In this document: piece by piece, positions 21,752 to 33,758 of the stretch
Position numbering within the stretch: the stretch's first letter is position 1
Layout of the letters: every line of letters starts with the position of its first letter
Origin: Fistulifera solaris
Taxonomy: Eukaryota
Reading direction: 5' to 3'
NCBI GenBank assembly: GCA_030295235.1
Contig: AP026139.1
Span: 558,001 to 622,000, forward strand
DNA length: 64,000 nucleotides
The notes under the pieces: generated by a model
What the model saw: only the letters and a program-made list of their open reading frames with translations
Told to the model about the DNA's origin: nothing
The model's database searches: none
Translations under genes and position numbers: made by a program

Positions 21752-22927
21752 ATGTTAACACGACAACTTGCTTCGCGCAACAACAACATTTTCCGCCGCA
21801 ACTTCTCTTCGTTGTACGCTCCCACTCTCACGGAACGCCGTCCCGGTGAAGCTGGTCCCGGTGGACGCAGTTCCGAAGCCGCCCGCAAGGTCGCTCTCTT
21901 TGGGGCATCGGGATTCTTGGGAAAATACGTCAGTGCCGAACTCGGCACCAACGGATACATGGCCTACTTTGCCAATCGCGGTGATGATATGGAAATGCGA
22001 CACTGCAAACTCAGTTTCGATTTGGGACGCACGCGATTTGTCTTTTATAGTCCCCGAGATAAGGCGTCGATTCAAGAAGTCATCGCCGATGCCGATGTTG
22101 TTGTCAATATGATTGGTAAGTATTACGAATCCGGCCAGCCCTATCAAACGGACCAATTTCCGTACGTATCGTACCGCAAGAATTATTCGTTTGCCGAAAC
22201 CAACGTGAACATTGCGCACACGATTGCGGAAATTTGTCGCGACATGCAAGTCGATCATTTGGTGCACGTGTCCAGTGCGTCCGCTCACCCCGATGCTCGT
22301 TCCGAATGGTCGCGTACCAAATACGAGGGCGAAAAAGCCGTCCAAGAAGCCTTCCCGTGGGCGACCATCCTTCGTCCCACGCAACTCTTCGGACAAGAAG
22401 ATACCTTGATGAATTGGTTTGCCCGTATGGCGCGTTGGCACAAAATGGTACCGTTGGTAGACGGTGGTCGAGCCTTGACGCAACCGGTCTTTGTTGGGGA
22501 TGTCGCCAAGACCATTCTGCGCATCTGTGACGATCCGGCCAAATTTGCTGGCCGATCCATTGATTGCTTCGGGCCCACGGACTACTCGTATCAGGAATTG
22601 GCCACCTTTGCGAATGATATCACGGAACGGAACAAGCCCATCTTCAACTTGCCGTATGACTGGTACCGTCGCATTGCGCAAGTATTGCAATATCAGCGCA
22701 ATCCGTTGATTACGCCGGATTTGGTCGAGTTGTGGATGGAAGATTTCTTGCCGCGCATGGCGCCAGATATGTACGCGCAACAACCGGGAGGTGTCCTAAA
22801 TCCCAATTACGTCTTGACCATGAAAGATTTGGGTGTGGAGGCGACGCCTTTGGAGAAGATTGTCTTTGCCTATTTGCATCATTATCGTGAAGGTGGACAT
22901 TTTTTCAAAGTGGAGGGTTACCATTAG
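21752..22927 (+). CDS. NDUFA9: NADH:ubiquinone oxidoreductase 39-kDa subunit
   Basis: Mitochondrial presequence, GPGGRSS, FGASGFLGKYV, DVVVNMIG, TKYEGEKAV, ILRPTQLFGQED, QPVFVGDVA. Confidence 0.93.
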   Translation: MLTRQLASRNNNIFRRNFSSLYAPTLTERRPGEAGPGGRSSEAARKVALFGASGFLGKYVSAELGTNGYMAYFANRGDDMEMRHCKLSFDLGRTRFVFYSPRDKASIQEVIADADVVVNMIGKYYESGQPYQTDQFPYVSYRKNYSFAETNVNIAHTIAEICRDMQVDHLVHVSSASAHPDARSEWSRTKYEGEKAVQEAFPWATILRPTQLFGQEDTLMNWFARMARWHKMVPLVDGGRALTQPVFVGDVAKTILRICDDPAKFAGRSIDCFGPTDYSYQELATFANDITERNKPIFNLPYDWYRRIAQVLQYQRNPLITPDLVELWMEDFLPRMAPDMYAQQPGGVLNPNYVLTMKDLGVEATPLEKIVFAYLHHYREGGHFFKVEGYH

Positions 22928-22991
22928 GCTCTTTGTGCCAAAGGAAGTAAGCTATAAACACGTTATCGTATTCTATTGGTTTTTGTAGTAA

Positions 22992-23854
22992 TTATCCGAG
23001 TGTGATCAGTGATGGAAAATCCGTCATCAGATCGTGACTGGTTAAAGTTTCGTCGCGGGCACTGGGTGTCCACAATACTTCGGCCGCACTCAATACTTCT
23101 CCTTCGGCGACTACAGCATTGTTGGCCAGACTGGTCAGCACTTGTCGAGTCGCTTCCATGCTGAATCCGGCACCATTGAATCTACAACATTACAAGCGAG
23201 TGAGAGAATGGTCCTGCTCGAGATATGCTGTTCCGAAAGAATCATCATCCACTTACTGGGTGCTATCACCTTCTATTTCTATAATGAGACTGACGACCAC
23301 CATCGTTGATGAGCCTTTGTCTGCCGTATCTATTCCTGGAATATATTCCTTTGAAGACATCTCGTTGTGAGCTCGTAGATAGATAGATAAATATATATAC
23401 AAGCCAACGGAATTATCTGTGGTTGCTGTTACCTTTTCGAATTTCAAAGCTTCTGCGTCCGCCCACTCGTGAAATTGAGCTTCCGCTCTGGCAGATTCAC
23501 GGAATTTGAACCATTGACTTTCACTGCTGGCCGCGGTCCAATCATCACTTCTTCGCAACAACGCGAGACAAACTTCTTTCACGAGTAGGGCCAAATGCGC
23601 CGATGATCCACCGGTCGATCGTGCTTTCCGTTCCAGATCACCAAAAATAGAATCTTTTCCTCGTTCTTTCGAAAGAGAGCTACTTGTACTTTTCCCACGG
23701 TGATGCCTTTGCCCAATACGCCCTCTTCTTCGAAGAATTTATCAAACAGAAAGAGTGAAGGATTGTGGACGCGTTGTTTCGAAATTCTGGGGGCAGGTGC
23801 AAAGCTCGCAATCAAAGAAAAGCCCCAAAAGTACACAGCGAACCAGCTTTTCAT
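22992..23854 (-). CDS. Plastid-targeted DUF1517 (FLAP1-related) protein, copy 1
   Basis: IASFAPA motif; ITVGKVQVAL, CLALLRRSDDW, AEALKFEKE. Introns 23349-23432 and 23182-23256; ends DFPSLITLG*; 1-nt frameshift near 23670. Confidence 0.75.
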
Positions 23855-24332
23855 TCGTTTTGAATTTTCAAGTTGATTCCTGTTTCTAATTGCTCCGATG
23901 ATTTGACTTGTTATTGCTATTGTGGCATTCCAAAATAATAATGAGAAACGGAATTGTCTCGTGACTAAAATTAAGTCACGTGAAAAGGTCGCTTACATTC
24001 AGGATCATAGTGATTTCGTGCGCTCAACAGTCATGGAAGAAGGTCAACGCAATTCTTATGATCGATCTATAAAGTCGCAATTGTCAAATAATGAATGAAC
24101 ATACTGCAAACGAAAAGGTGATGTTCATCGTCACAGTGAGGAATGATATCACAACAACCAACAAATCAAATGAAGCGTTCCTGACTCATAACTACCGGTT
24201 TGATCAAGAGAACAACATTCGGGAGTCGGGAGGCTTCTGTAGACTTAATGAGGCTCGCAATCTATTCATTCTAAATTGTAATGCATATGTAGCGCAAATT
24301 GTCTTTGACGACTGTCACGGCGCCGCGTCTTA

Positions 24333-25120
24333 TCATAGCGAAATCAGCTCTGGGAAATCGGCAATCAAGTCACGGTTTGTCACTGTTTCCGTTCGCTCAC
24401 TGGGCGTCCAAAAGAGTTCTACGGCATTCACAACTTCCCCTTCGGCGACCATTACATCGCTGGCGATACTAGTCAAAACTTCCTTGGTTCCAGCTAGACT
24501 AAAACCAGCGCCATCGAATCTGACAAGAGAATATTTTAGCTCAGCACAATTTAATGATAATTTCAACCACGCAGTCAGAGTACTTACTTTGTTTCATCTC
24601 CCTCAATTTCGATAATGAGACTGACAACCACCATGGTCGAAGTTCCTTTCTCCTCATCATCTTCGCTTGGAATGTATTCCTTCTCGAATTTTAACGCTTC
24701 GGCATTCGCCCAATCGTTAAATTGACTTTCTGCTTTTCCAGCGTCATCGTATTTAAACCATTTACTCTCACTATGCGCAGCAGTCCAGTCGTCACTTTTT
24801 CTCAACAGAGCCAGGCACACATCTCGTGCTAAAAATGCCAATTCTTCCTGGTCTTCGTTGGATTCTCTGGAAAGATCTTCCAGTTGCCCGAAAATGGATC
24901 CCTTTCCTCGATCTGATGCAATCAAAGCTACCTGAACTTTCCCAACAGTGATTCCTTTCCCCAGCGGCCCTTCTTCTTCGAACAGTTTGTCGAAAAGTCC
25001 GAGCGGACACGTGGCCGATGGGCGGTGGCTGACACCCCAGAAATTCGGTGAGAAAGACGATACATGAGCGCTCCACAGAATCAATAGGGCTGCTTTTGAG
25101 ACGTAATTGATTTTGTTCAT
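24333..25120 (-). CDS. Plastid-targeted DUF1517 (FLAP1-related) protein, copy 2
   Basis: VSSFSP motif; same core as copy 1; intron 24520-24587; AVELFWTP..DFPELISL*. Confidence 0.8.
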
Positions 25121-25730
25121 TGTTCTTTCGGTCAGTTGCTATCAGGGGTGGCGAAGTCGATCTTCTTCAGTTATTCAAAGTACGGAGTAAATTTTTGAAA
25201 AGCCAATAAATGTTAGAAAGTACTAATCCGAGTGAACAAAAAATAAAAATGAAGAAGCTTTTGGTTTGCGGTGTGGATGGAGTTCAAGAAGAATCTCCAC
25301 CATGATGACGTGTCACATCAAGCTGATGAGAAACGAAGAGACAAAGGGAGTGTCCTCGTTGCCTCGTTGTGTGTGCAAACTTGGCGCCATGACCCTGAGT
25401 GCCGCATCTGCAATGATGTATTTTTCAATTTAACAATTAACCTAAATTCCTCACGATTTCTATTTACTAGATTACCCGAAACATCCTATAATAACAAGAA
25501 TTCCTGTAACTGTGACAAATATTTACATAGAAAAAACGTTGTATAAGTAGCTCTAAGTCACGCCAGTCCACCTTTCCTTTTTCTCAAATGCTTCTTTTCG
25601 ATCACAAGTCCGACAAGAATCACCGAAACAGAAAAAATAAGCCTCTGCGTAACTCTTTCCCTCCACTACACTCAGATTGGCTTCACTATTCAAGCATAAC
25701 CGTGCCTCCGACCTACTTTGTCAGAATAGT

Positions 25731-28700
25731 ATGGCTCCCAGAAATTCAATGTCACGTGGGTCGCCGAGCCTCCTGAGCGTGCGGGCGAAACTTGCTTTGT
25801 TCGATAACAAGCAAGGTAACCCTCCGGATGGTCATGGTAAAAACAATGAAAAGAAAGCTAGTGTGGAGCCTTTGATTCGCAGAAGATCTCTCGCAGAGAT
25901 AAGATCCCCTTGACGCCAATGACACCGAACGCAGGAAGGCTGTCGATTTCGTCTCCAGAAGCTCAGAAAAATAGCTTGGTTACGCCAGAAAAAAAGATTA
26001 TCGGCTCCGATGGCAAAGATAAACCCAAGTCCTTCTTCTACCGGCTCTAAGAATCCTCCGAAGAAAGTACCTTGGAATTCAAAATGGAAAGTTTCCAAGA
26101 GTCCGCAACCAAAACAAGCGGTCCAAGTCTCTATGGAAAACAGAGAAGGTGCGAATCGAGCAGAGATGCCAGCAGCTGAGCATTCTCGTGACCGTCTGTA
26201 TCAGCTATCACGGAGACATTCAGCGAAACTCATTGCGGCTAGAGCATCTCGCCAGAGCCAGGGTAATGCTTTGGATACTACGAAAACCACATCAGCCGAT
26301 GAGACAGACCCGAGGGTAAAGCCTGTGTCGCGGAAAATCGTAGCAACTCCGCCTAAGAATTTGCTTGAGAAGCGCGACAAGGCGATTCGTAAAGTGTATG
26401 GTGGGGATATTGTCAATAAAGTGTCGTCCAGTAGTGAGGAAACAGATCAAAAGGATAGACAAGAAAAGGGTACACCTACGAAGCCTAAACGCCATGCTTT
26501 TAAAGTGTCAGTTATCAATAACTCTTCGGCGCCGAGTGCTTACAATGCTTTTCAACCGAAGATAGCGGGTGTCATGACTAACACGGAAGGAGAACCGAAG
26601 GGCAAGGTGCCAAAAACCAATAGTTTCTCAGCCGATGACAATGCCAGAAACATTTTCCGATCTTCGTTCATGGGGGCCTTCCCAGGCACTCAAGAGCATC
26701 TTGCTTCAGAAGACAATAAGGCTAAATCTAACAACGTTCAAGAGAAGGGAAGAGATCTCGTTCCCCCGAATCGAAGGAGTAGTTTTGTCCATCGCACTCG
26801 CCAGGCGGAAAACGGAGGAGAGCCTTTGTCTGAAGATGAGATTATCGAAGAGAATCTCCCTGGTGAAACAATGTATTCTAGAATCCTGGGAAGGGCAAGA
26901 GGTGGACCAGTCAGTGTCGTGGAGATACGGCGGGCTGCTAGCCACGATAGCCGAATAACAGATATCACGGAGTTCACGGGGGAAAATGGATTTCCAGTTC
27001 GGACATCAGTTGTGTTTCCGCACCAAAAGTTTATTCGCAACGACGGTCAAATGTTTGAGAACGGCAAGGATATCGGTCATAAATTTGCAATGAACAAACC
27101 GAAACCATGGGAAGGCCTGGTGCCGCCACCCCCTCCCCCTCTTCCTCCTCAAAGTTTGATGGCAGCGAAGACGAATAGTTCAGACGAGTCGACCCCAGTC
27201 GCTGCGATGAATCAACCTAAACTCTCTGTAAGAGACCGCATTGTTGCTCACAATAGACAACGCTTTGAAAAGGTGCGCATTCGCGAGCGATAGAGTCCAA
27301 AGACAACAATGCATGGGCCCTTGGATACACGGAACATGGAAGAAGAAATGTCACTAAGTCGTCATCCATGAACGATAAAGACGCTTACCGATCTTTCCAT
27401 CAGATCGACGCCAAAATGGGATCGTTCGGTACTCTATCAAGTTCCGAGTTGACCTATCCCCAAGATGATTCACAGAGGGATACAAAAGCTTCCACGATTT
27501 TTCATCTGTCTGTGAAAGAGCGAGTTGCATTTCACAATCAAAATCCGATCGAACCGTCTGGTGCGACGCCGAAATCCAACTTTCAGCACCATCTAACTAA
27601 GGTAAAGCAACGTGGACCCAAAGAGCCAGTCGGGGCAACTTCCAATGCTAATGGAAAAATAGATCCAATGGCAGGGAAACGATTGGACCCAGAGTCAACT
27701 GCTATTATTGCACGGAAGCTACACTCTGATCCAACTGGGCCGCCTTCTAACGACGATTCAGAGTGTCTTCCTTCAGAGTCAACAGTGAATCAAGTAAAGC
27801 ACAGCGAGGAAACGGACCCGGAAATAAGCGAATGTCATAGGAGTCCAATGGACCCAGAATCGTCTGAAGGAATCACTTGCTCTGTACAGCAGCGCATTGC
27901 GTCTCTCTCAAGAGATGTGGAGCCATCGCAGAATACCAGTAAGAGAAGCAAAAGTTTGTCTCCGAAAAGAGCAGTTGCTGGAAAGGACGCTCGTAACACA
28001 GACGAAATTGTCAAACTTCAGTCAGAAGTCTCAGATCTTCGGTTGCGAATTAAGATCTTGGATAAGGACGGTAATCGAGCGGACCTTCTGGACCTTATCG
28101 AAGCTAAGGAAGACGAATGTCGAGAAAAGAGCGATCAATTGCGAAAACTGAACGAAAAACTTGACAGGATAGAGAGAGGGCTAGCAGAGATTGAGGCGGA
28201 ACGCCTTTGTTTAACGAACAGAGTTAACGAGTTGGAGAAGGATAATGAGCGAACAGAGAAGCAACTTAGACTTCGCGAGGCCGAGATTACAAGCCTTTCG
28301 AAGCGATGCCTGGATCAAGCTGAAGAGCTCAAAATCGTTACAGCATTCCGCGTTGACAAAAATTCGATGACGAAAGAAATCGAATCATTAAAAGAGTCCA
28401 TGGAGAAGAAGTCTTTGGAAGACGTAACAACTATCGATTGCTTAAGGAACAAATTGAACGAGACCAAGAGGGCTCGAGATGAGCTATCCATTCAGCTATC
28501 AACTATTAAACGAGATCGGGATGACTGCAGTCGACGCTTGCAAGAATGTCTAATTAGTAATCAACAACTATCGAAAGAGAGGTCGCGATGGGAAGCAGAA
28601 AAGAGTAGTCTCCTCAAAGATGTCGAGCAACAAATCAATGAGCTGAAAAGAAATCACGATAAAGAGCTTGTTAAGTTGCAGAACGATGCAAGAGTGCGCG

Positions 28701-31700
28701 AAAGAGAAAATCAGAGATTAAAGTCCAATTTTGACGAGAACGAAATCAAAATTGTTGACTTGAGCAAACGATTGATGGATGCCAAAGCATCTGCGGAAGA
28801 AACTCTGAAGGCTTTGGAGAGCACCTTTGAAAGCAAGCTCGAGTCACAGAATCGATATATTGACGCGTTAAAACTGGAGCTTACAGAAACTGCCGCTAGT
28901 CTTAAGTTTGCTCAAGAAATGCTCCATGAAAGCGAGAAAACGGTTGCCGAACGCGACATTATTGTGGAAGATCTTTTGGAACAGCTCTCTGAGCAAGAAC
29001 GCCAAGCAGCCGAAGCCCTGCAATCGGTCAGAAACGAGTTCGAAAGTCAAGCCATAGAAGCACTACATATGGCGAAGGCTAATTTTTGCACACTTTGCAA
29101 GAGTTTGTAGCCCATAGCGAACTCGAGGTCAAACAGCTCCGTGAAGAATACGAAGAGCAGATTTCAAGTGTCCAATCTCGCCTCGACAAAATTACAGACG
29201 ATAGTGAAGGAAAGGTTGAAGAGAGCAAGTCACTGATCGAGCGCCTTAATGCACAGCTTTCTGACGCCGAGGGCAAGCTAAAATCTATTTTCGAGAAACA
29301 CGAGCAAGAGATGGAGCTATCCCGCAAGCAATACGAAGACTCAAGGACTGCCTTTCAACAAGAACTTGATAAATTAACAGCGAACTACGACAAAGAGATA
29401 TTGCAGAAGAATAATGAGATTGAGAGACTTTCGCAAGTAAACGCAGAAGAGCGGAATCAACTGGAAACTCGGATCCGTCAACTAGTGACCGAGGCCGAGA
29501 AAAGCGAAGAAAAAATTCATTTAAGCACATCGGACTTCGAAAATCAGCTGCAATCTCTGAAAGGCAATCTAGACGAAAAGACGATGGTACTTGAGTTGCA
29601 AATTACGGAACTTCAAGACAAACTTGCCGAGGCCAGCGCCGAGCACTTACAAGAAGTTACGAAGCAAAAAACAGAGATCGAGTTCCTGAAAAGCAATCAT
29701 ATCGCACAGCAGATGAAGTTCTTAGGCGAACTGAAAGTGCAGGAGAACGAAGCGGATTCTTTGAGGTCTGAATTGATACGGACAAAAGCCGAGAGCGACT
29801 CTACGATTTCGAGACTTGCAGAGCAAGCAGACTCGACTGAACGTAAGTTAAGAGAAGCAATCGAAGAACACGAGAGAGAAATGCTACTTCAGAAAGAAAA
29901 GATCGCATACTTGGAGTCAAACGGATTCGATGAGAAGAAAAATCTACTATCGATGCTACAGGAGACCGAAGACTCGAAGAATGAGTTGATCAAAAGACTA
30001 GAGTCGGAGCTCAGTGAGCTTAAGGCAACCAGTTTGACACGAATAGAGTCGTTGGACGCGCACGTAGCCAAAATAAAGTCCGAGCATAAAGCACAAATCG
30101 CAAGCCTTGAAGAAGAAAAGGCAAAACAGCTTTCACTCATCATGCAATCGATAGAAGACAAGGAAAAGGAAATCGGCGCTAAAAACAGTGAAGCATCGGC
30201 ACTTCTAGTCGAAAAATGTGCTCTACAAGCTCAAGTCGACGAATCGGCTGAGAGACTACAAGAAAAGGAGACAGCTATTCAAGATCTCAAGTCTCAGCTT
30301 TCTAAAAGGCAGGACCAATTGGAAGCCAAAGTTGCATCTTTCTCTGAAACGGTTGCATTACTAAATGCTGAACATGAAAACGACATTGACAAGCTGTGCG
30401 TTTCACACAGGACGGAAGTGTCTATGCTTGAAGCAAAGTTGGTCGAACGCAATATGATGATAGAGTGCTTAGAAAAAGATATGGAAGCGCAAATGCGGCA
30501 ACTTATGGTCACAACGACGAGATTGGAGGAATTACAGGGCGACGGTGAACTGGTGGACGGGCTTACTGCCGATATCGAAGCCCTCGAACTCGAACGTGCA
30601 GCCCTGATGGAAGATCTTCACGAAAAAGATATGAATATTGCCGAGTTATCTGCTGAAATATTGAAACTTGAGATTGAGAAAGAAATTATTGCTCAGGATT
30701 CGGTAGAAGCGAAGAAAGCGAATGCGAAACTATTGGCTCAAGAAAAGCAACATGCGTCTCAGCTCAAGGAAGTATTAGAGTCTAGCGCCCACGAACAGCA
30801 GAAATATTCAGCTGTAGTGGCTTCATTGCAAGAAGATTTGCAGCAAAAAAGAGACCACATTGTCAGTTTACAGGAATCACTCAGACGGGCAGAATTGTCT
30901 CTCGAAAAAGCTTCCGACAACGCAAAACTCTCTGATCAAGTTCTCAATGAAAAGACAAGATAATCGGCGAGCTTCGTTCAGAATTGTCGAGGCAAATGGT
31001 AGAGAATCGCGGGTTGGCCTCAAAGCTTGCTGTCAAAGAAGACGAAATTCGCGATCTTGAAGTGGTGGAGATGTACGACAAGAATGAAAAGATCCGTCTT
31101 CTCCAAAATAATGTCGACAACCTTAGCGCCCAACTTGACTTCAAATCAGAGCAGTTCAACGTAAAAACCTCAGAGCTCGAGAACGAAGCATCGGAACTAA
31201 GGAAGAAGCTTGCTCAAATGTGTAAACAGGCGACGGACCAACGGGATAACATGCAACGTGAGATCGACATCTTACAGAAGCAGTGCGAAAACTCAAAACT
31301 TGAATCTGACTTTGCAAAAATCAAATTGGAGGAGACAGAGCGGAAGCTAAGGGACGCCAAGCACGAGACGGAGTCTTTTTCGACAAAGATCCATGACTTG
31401 GAAGTGGCGTGCAAAGAACTGCAAGACAACTGTCGTGAGTTTCAGCTCGCTCAGGAAGAAGTGAATAACGAGCGCAACGAGCTCACACTACGACTGGAAA
31501 AGGAGATGGGACTGGTGCGTGAACACGAAGATATCCGATGGGATCTGGAGAGACGATGTGAAGATTTGAAGCAGGAACTTGACTCGCGCGACGAGAACGC
31601 GTTAGAACTAACCAAGAAAATCGAGGGTTTTGAGAGGGCCATGAATGAGAAGATCTTGCTCAATGAAGAATTAAGTCGTCACAACAAGGAACTGGAATCT

Positions 31701-32213
31701 TTCCTACAAACGCAGAACCAGGCCGTTGACCAAGTACGGGCAGAAGTGGACTCACTGAGAATTAAGCTTCAAGCTCGAGATGATCAAATCAAAGAACTCA
31801 AAGCGGAGAAAGCCAACCAAGAGCAAAGTTTGTTGGATGAACTTGAAACTGAACGCCAGAACCTGCAAATTGTTACCAGCGAACTCGAAGCGACACAGCA
31901 AAAATTAGGAGTCTTGCTCCGTGAAAACAAAGACATTGTCGAGCTCGAGAAGGAGAGAGAAGCTCTGCAAGACAAGGTGCGCCGACAAGAAGCCTACCTA
32001 AAACGAAAACTTGATAAGGAAAAGATGGGAAGAGCCACTGCTCGACCGAACGGCTTGCATGGATCACCGACGAGGCGATTAGCGAATCCTAGCAAGCGTC
32101 AGTCGACGCCTATATCACCCGAGCTGAAGGTTGTGCCCACCCAGTCTACAGCTACCACGTCTACGGGGGGATCAAAACTTGACTGGGAACTTGACTGTTT
32201 GTTGGCTGATTAA
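25731..32213 (+). CDS. Very large coiled-coil protein (~2100 aa) with disordered N-terminus; broken into five ORFs
   Basis: Abutting same-strand ORFs 25677, 26010, 27368, 29086, 30984, with continuous E/K/L-rich heptads from about 28000. Confidence 0.7.
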
Positions 32214-32276
32214 TTACTTGTTATTATGAGATAAACTGTATTGTAAAGTGAATGTTGGAAATTTTTGTAGCCATGT

Positions 32277-33101
32277 TCACGACAAAATGCCCGATGCACT
32301 GATGGAAAAGGGATCTGCAAAGCTTGGACTGTCGCTAAATATTCATGACCGCCCGTCACCGCATTTCGCTGCAATCGCACGCGCTGTGTAATGAAACGGT
32401 CCCATTCAAAGTTCCGCTGACTGGAGGATGCCGTCACCAGTACCACCGAACACTGTTCCAGCAGGCGGGACAATTGTCGGACAATTTCCGTGCGCGCTAC
32501 ATCATCGTCATGCTCCAAAAACCCGTCCCACAAAATCAACGTGGGATAATCGGATGCTGATACAGCCAACTGATGACGCCAACACTCCAAAAGGGGCACC
32601 CAGTCGTCGGTCGCCACTCGCGCCACGTGGATGCGTTCGCAACAATCTTGCAGATCGTGGGCCAACTGTCGTTCGTCGTTGACATCGGCCATGGCGGTAT
32701 TCATGTGGCGCAATAGCGTGGATCGGACGACGTGTGCTAATTGGGAAGCGATCACTTCTTGGTGGGAATCCAGCCAGAGGACTTGCGGAAGTATATCGGC
32801 ACTAGTAGTTGTGAAGGTGAATTGAGAAGGACGTGTTTGCACCACGAAACGTGCCGCCAGTGATAGGAGCGTCCACGTCTTGGCGACATCTCCCATCAAA
32901 TGAATGACGGGAAGTGTATCTGTCGTGTGTCGACGAAATGCCGCGTCCATGAAGGATATTCCGGATCCGGAACGAAAAAAAAGACCATGCGGCGGACGAG
33001 GGATCTTTGGGAATTTCATCTTGGGCTCTCTTTCGTTTCGATCTTTGGAACCAATCGTACGCTGTTTCGGTCCATGAAGTGTGTGGGTTGACGTGAGTCA
33101 T
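32277..33101 (-). CDS. XRCC2: XRCC2-like RAD51 paralog (frameshifted)
   Basis: N-terminal ETAYDW, degenerate Walker A (LMGDVAKTWTL), VLWLD, ERIHV, LILWDG; corrected end FSISASGILS*. Confidence 0.55.
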
Positions 33102-33758
33102 GGTGAATCAAGTTGGTACGCCTGTCGAATAAATTAATTTACCAAAGATAATGAGAAGCAGAGATCGAAACAAAGGATAGAATAAAGCAACAAAGGAACC
33201 CTCGCGGGTCGCAGTTTTGGCGTTAGATGAAAACGAGTGCGCGGCCTTGTCATGTTGACGACTGACTCGTGATTCGATTGTTCGCAGGAGGCTGAATGAA
33301 TAGGCCATTTCCGTTATGGTGCAGACATGAGGCGCGTGAGGGCCGCACGGGTATTTTCCGTTGGATCGATTTCTTTCGTCGAGGCGAAACGATTTGCAGC
33401 CGTTGCGCTGACGGCACTCTCTTCCAAAAAGTCGAGGTCTGACGTCGAACGTCGAACATGTGCGAAAAAGCACGAACGATGATGCGAGAAGATCGAGGAT
33501 GCGATGCGATCGATCCAAGATAACAAACAACAAGCGGACCTTTTTTGTATCAAGTCAGTGCTTTGCTTGTAACCAACGCTAGAGTGTGCAGATTACCGAC
33601 GCGGATGTTTTAAAGCTCAAATTCGCGATTATTTGCAATCAACATCTCTATTTGAAACGAAAAAGCATCGGCACTCCTCACCCTGTTGCGTCCCTTGCAC
33701 CCGTCAATCTAAGTTTGCCTTGCTAAACTGAAGCTTTCTTTTTGTGTAAACGGAAAAT

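Noticed and set aside
21755..22783. 342-aa antisense ORF over NDUFA9, and other long antisense ORFs over VSR, prohibitin and the Pro-rich gene
   Set aside because: Shadow frames from codon bias; no recognisable motifs.
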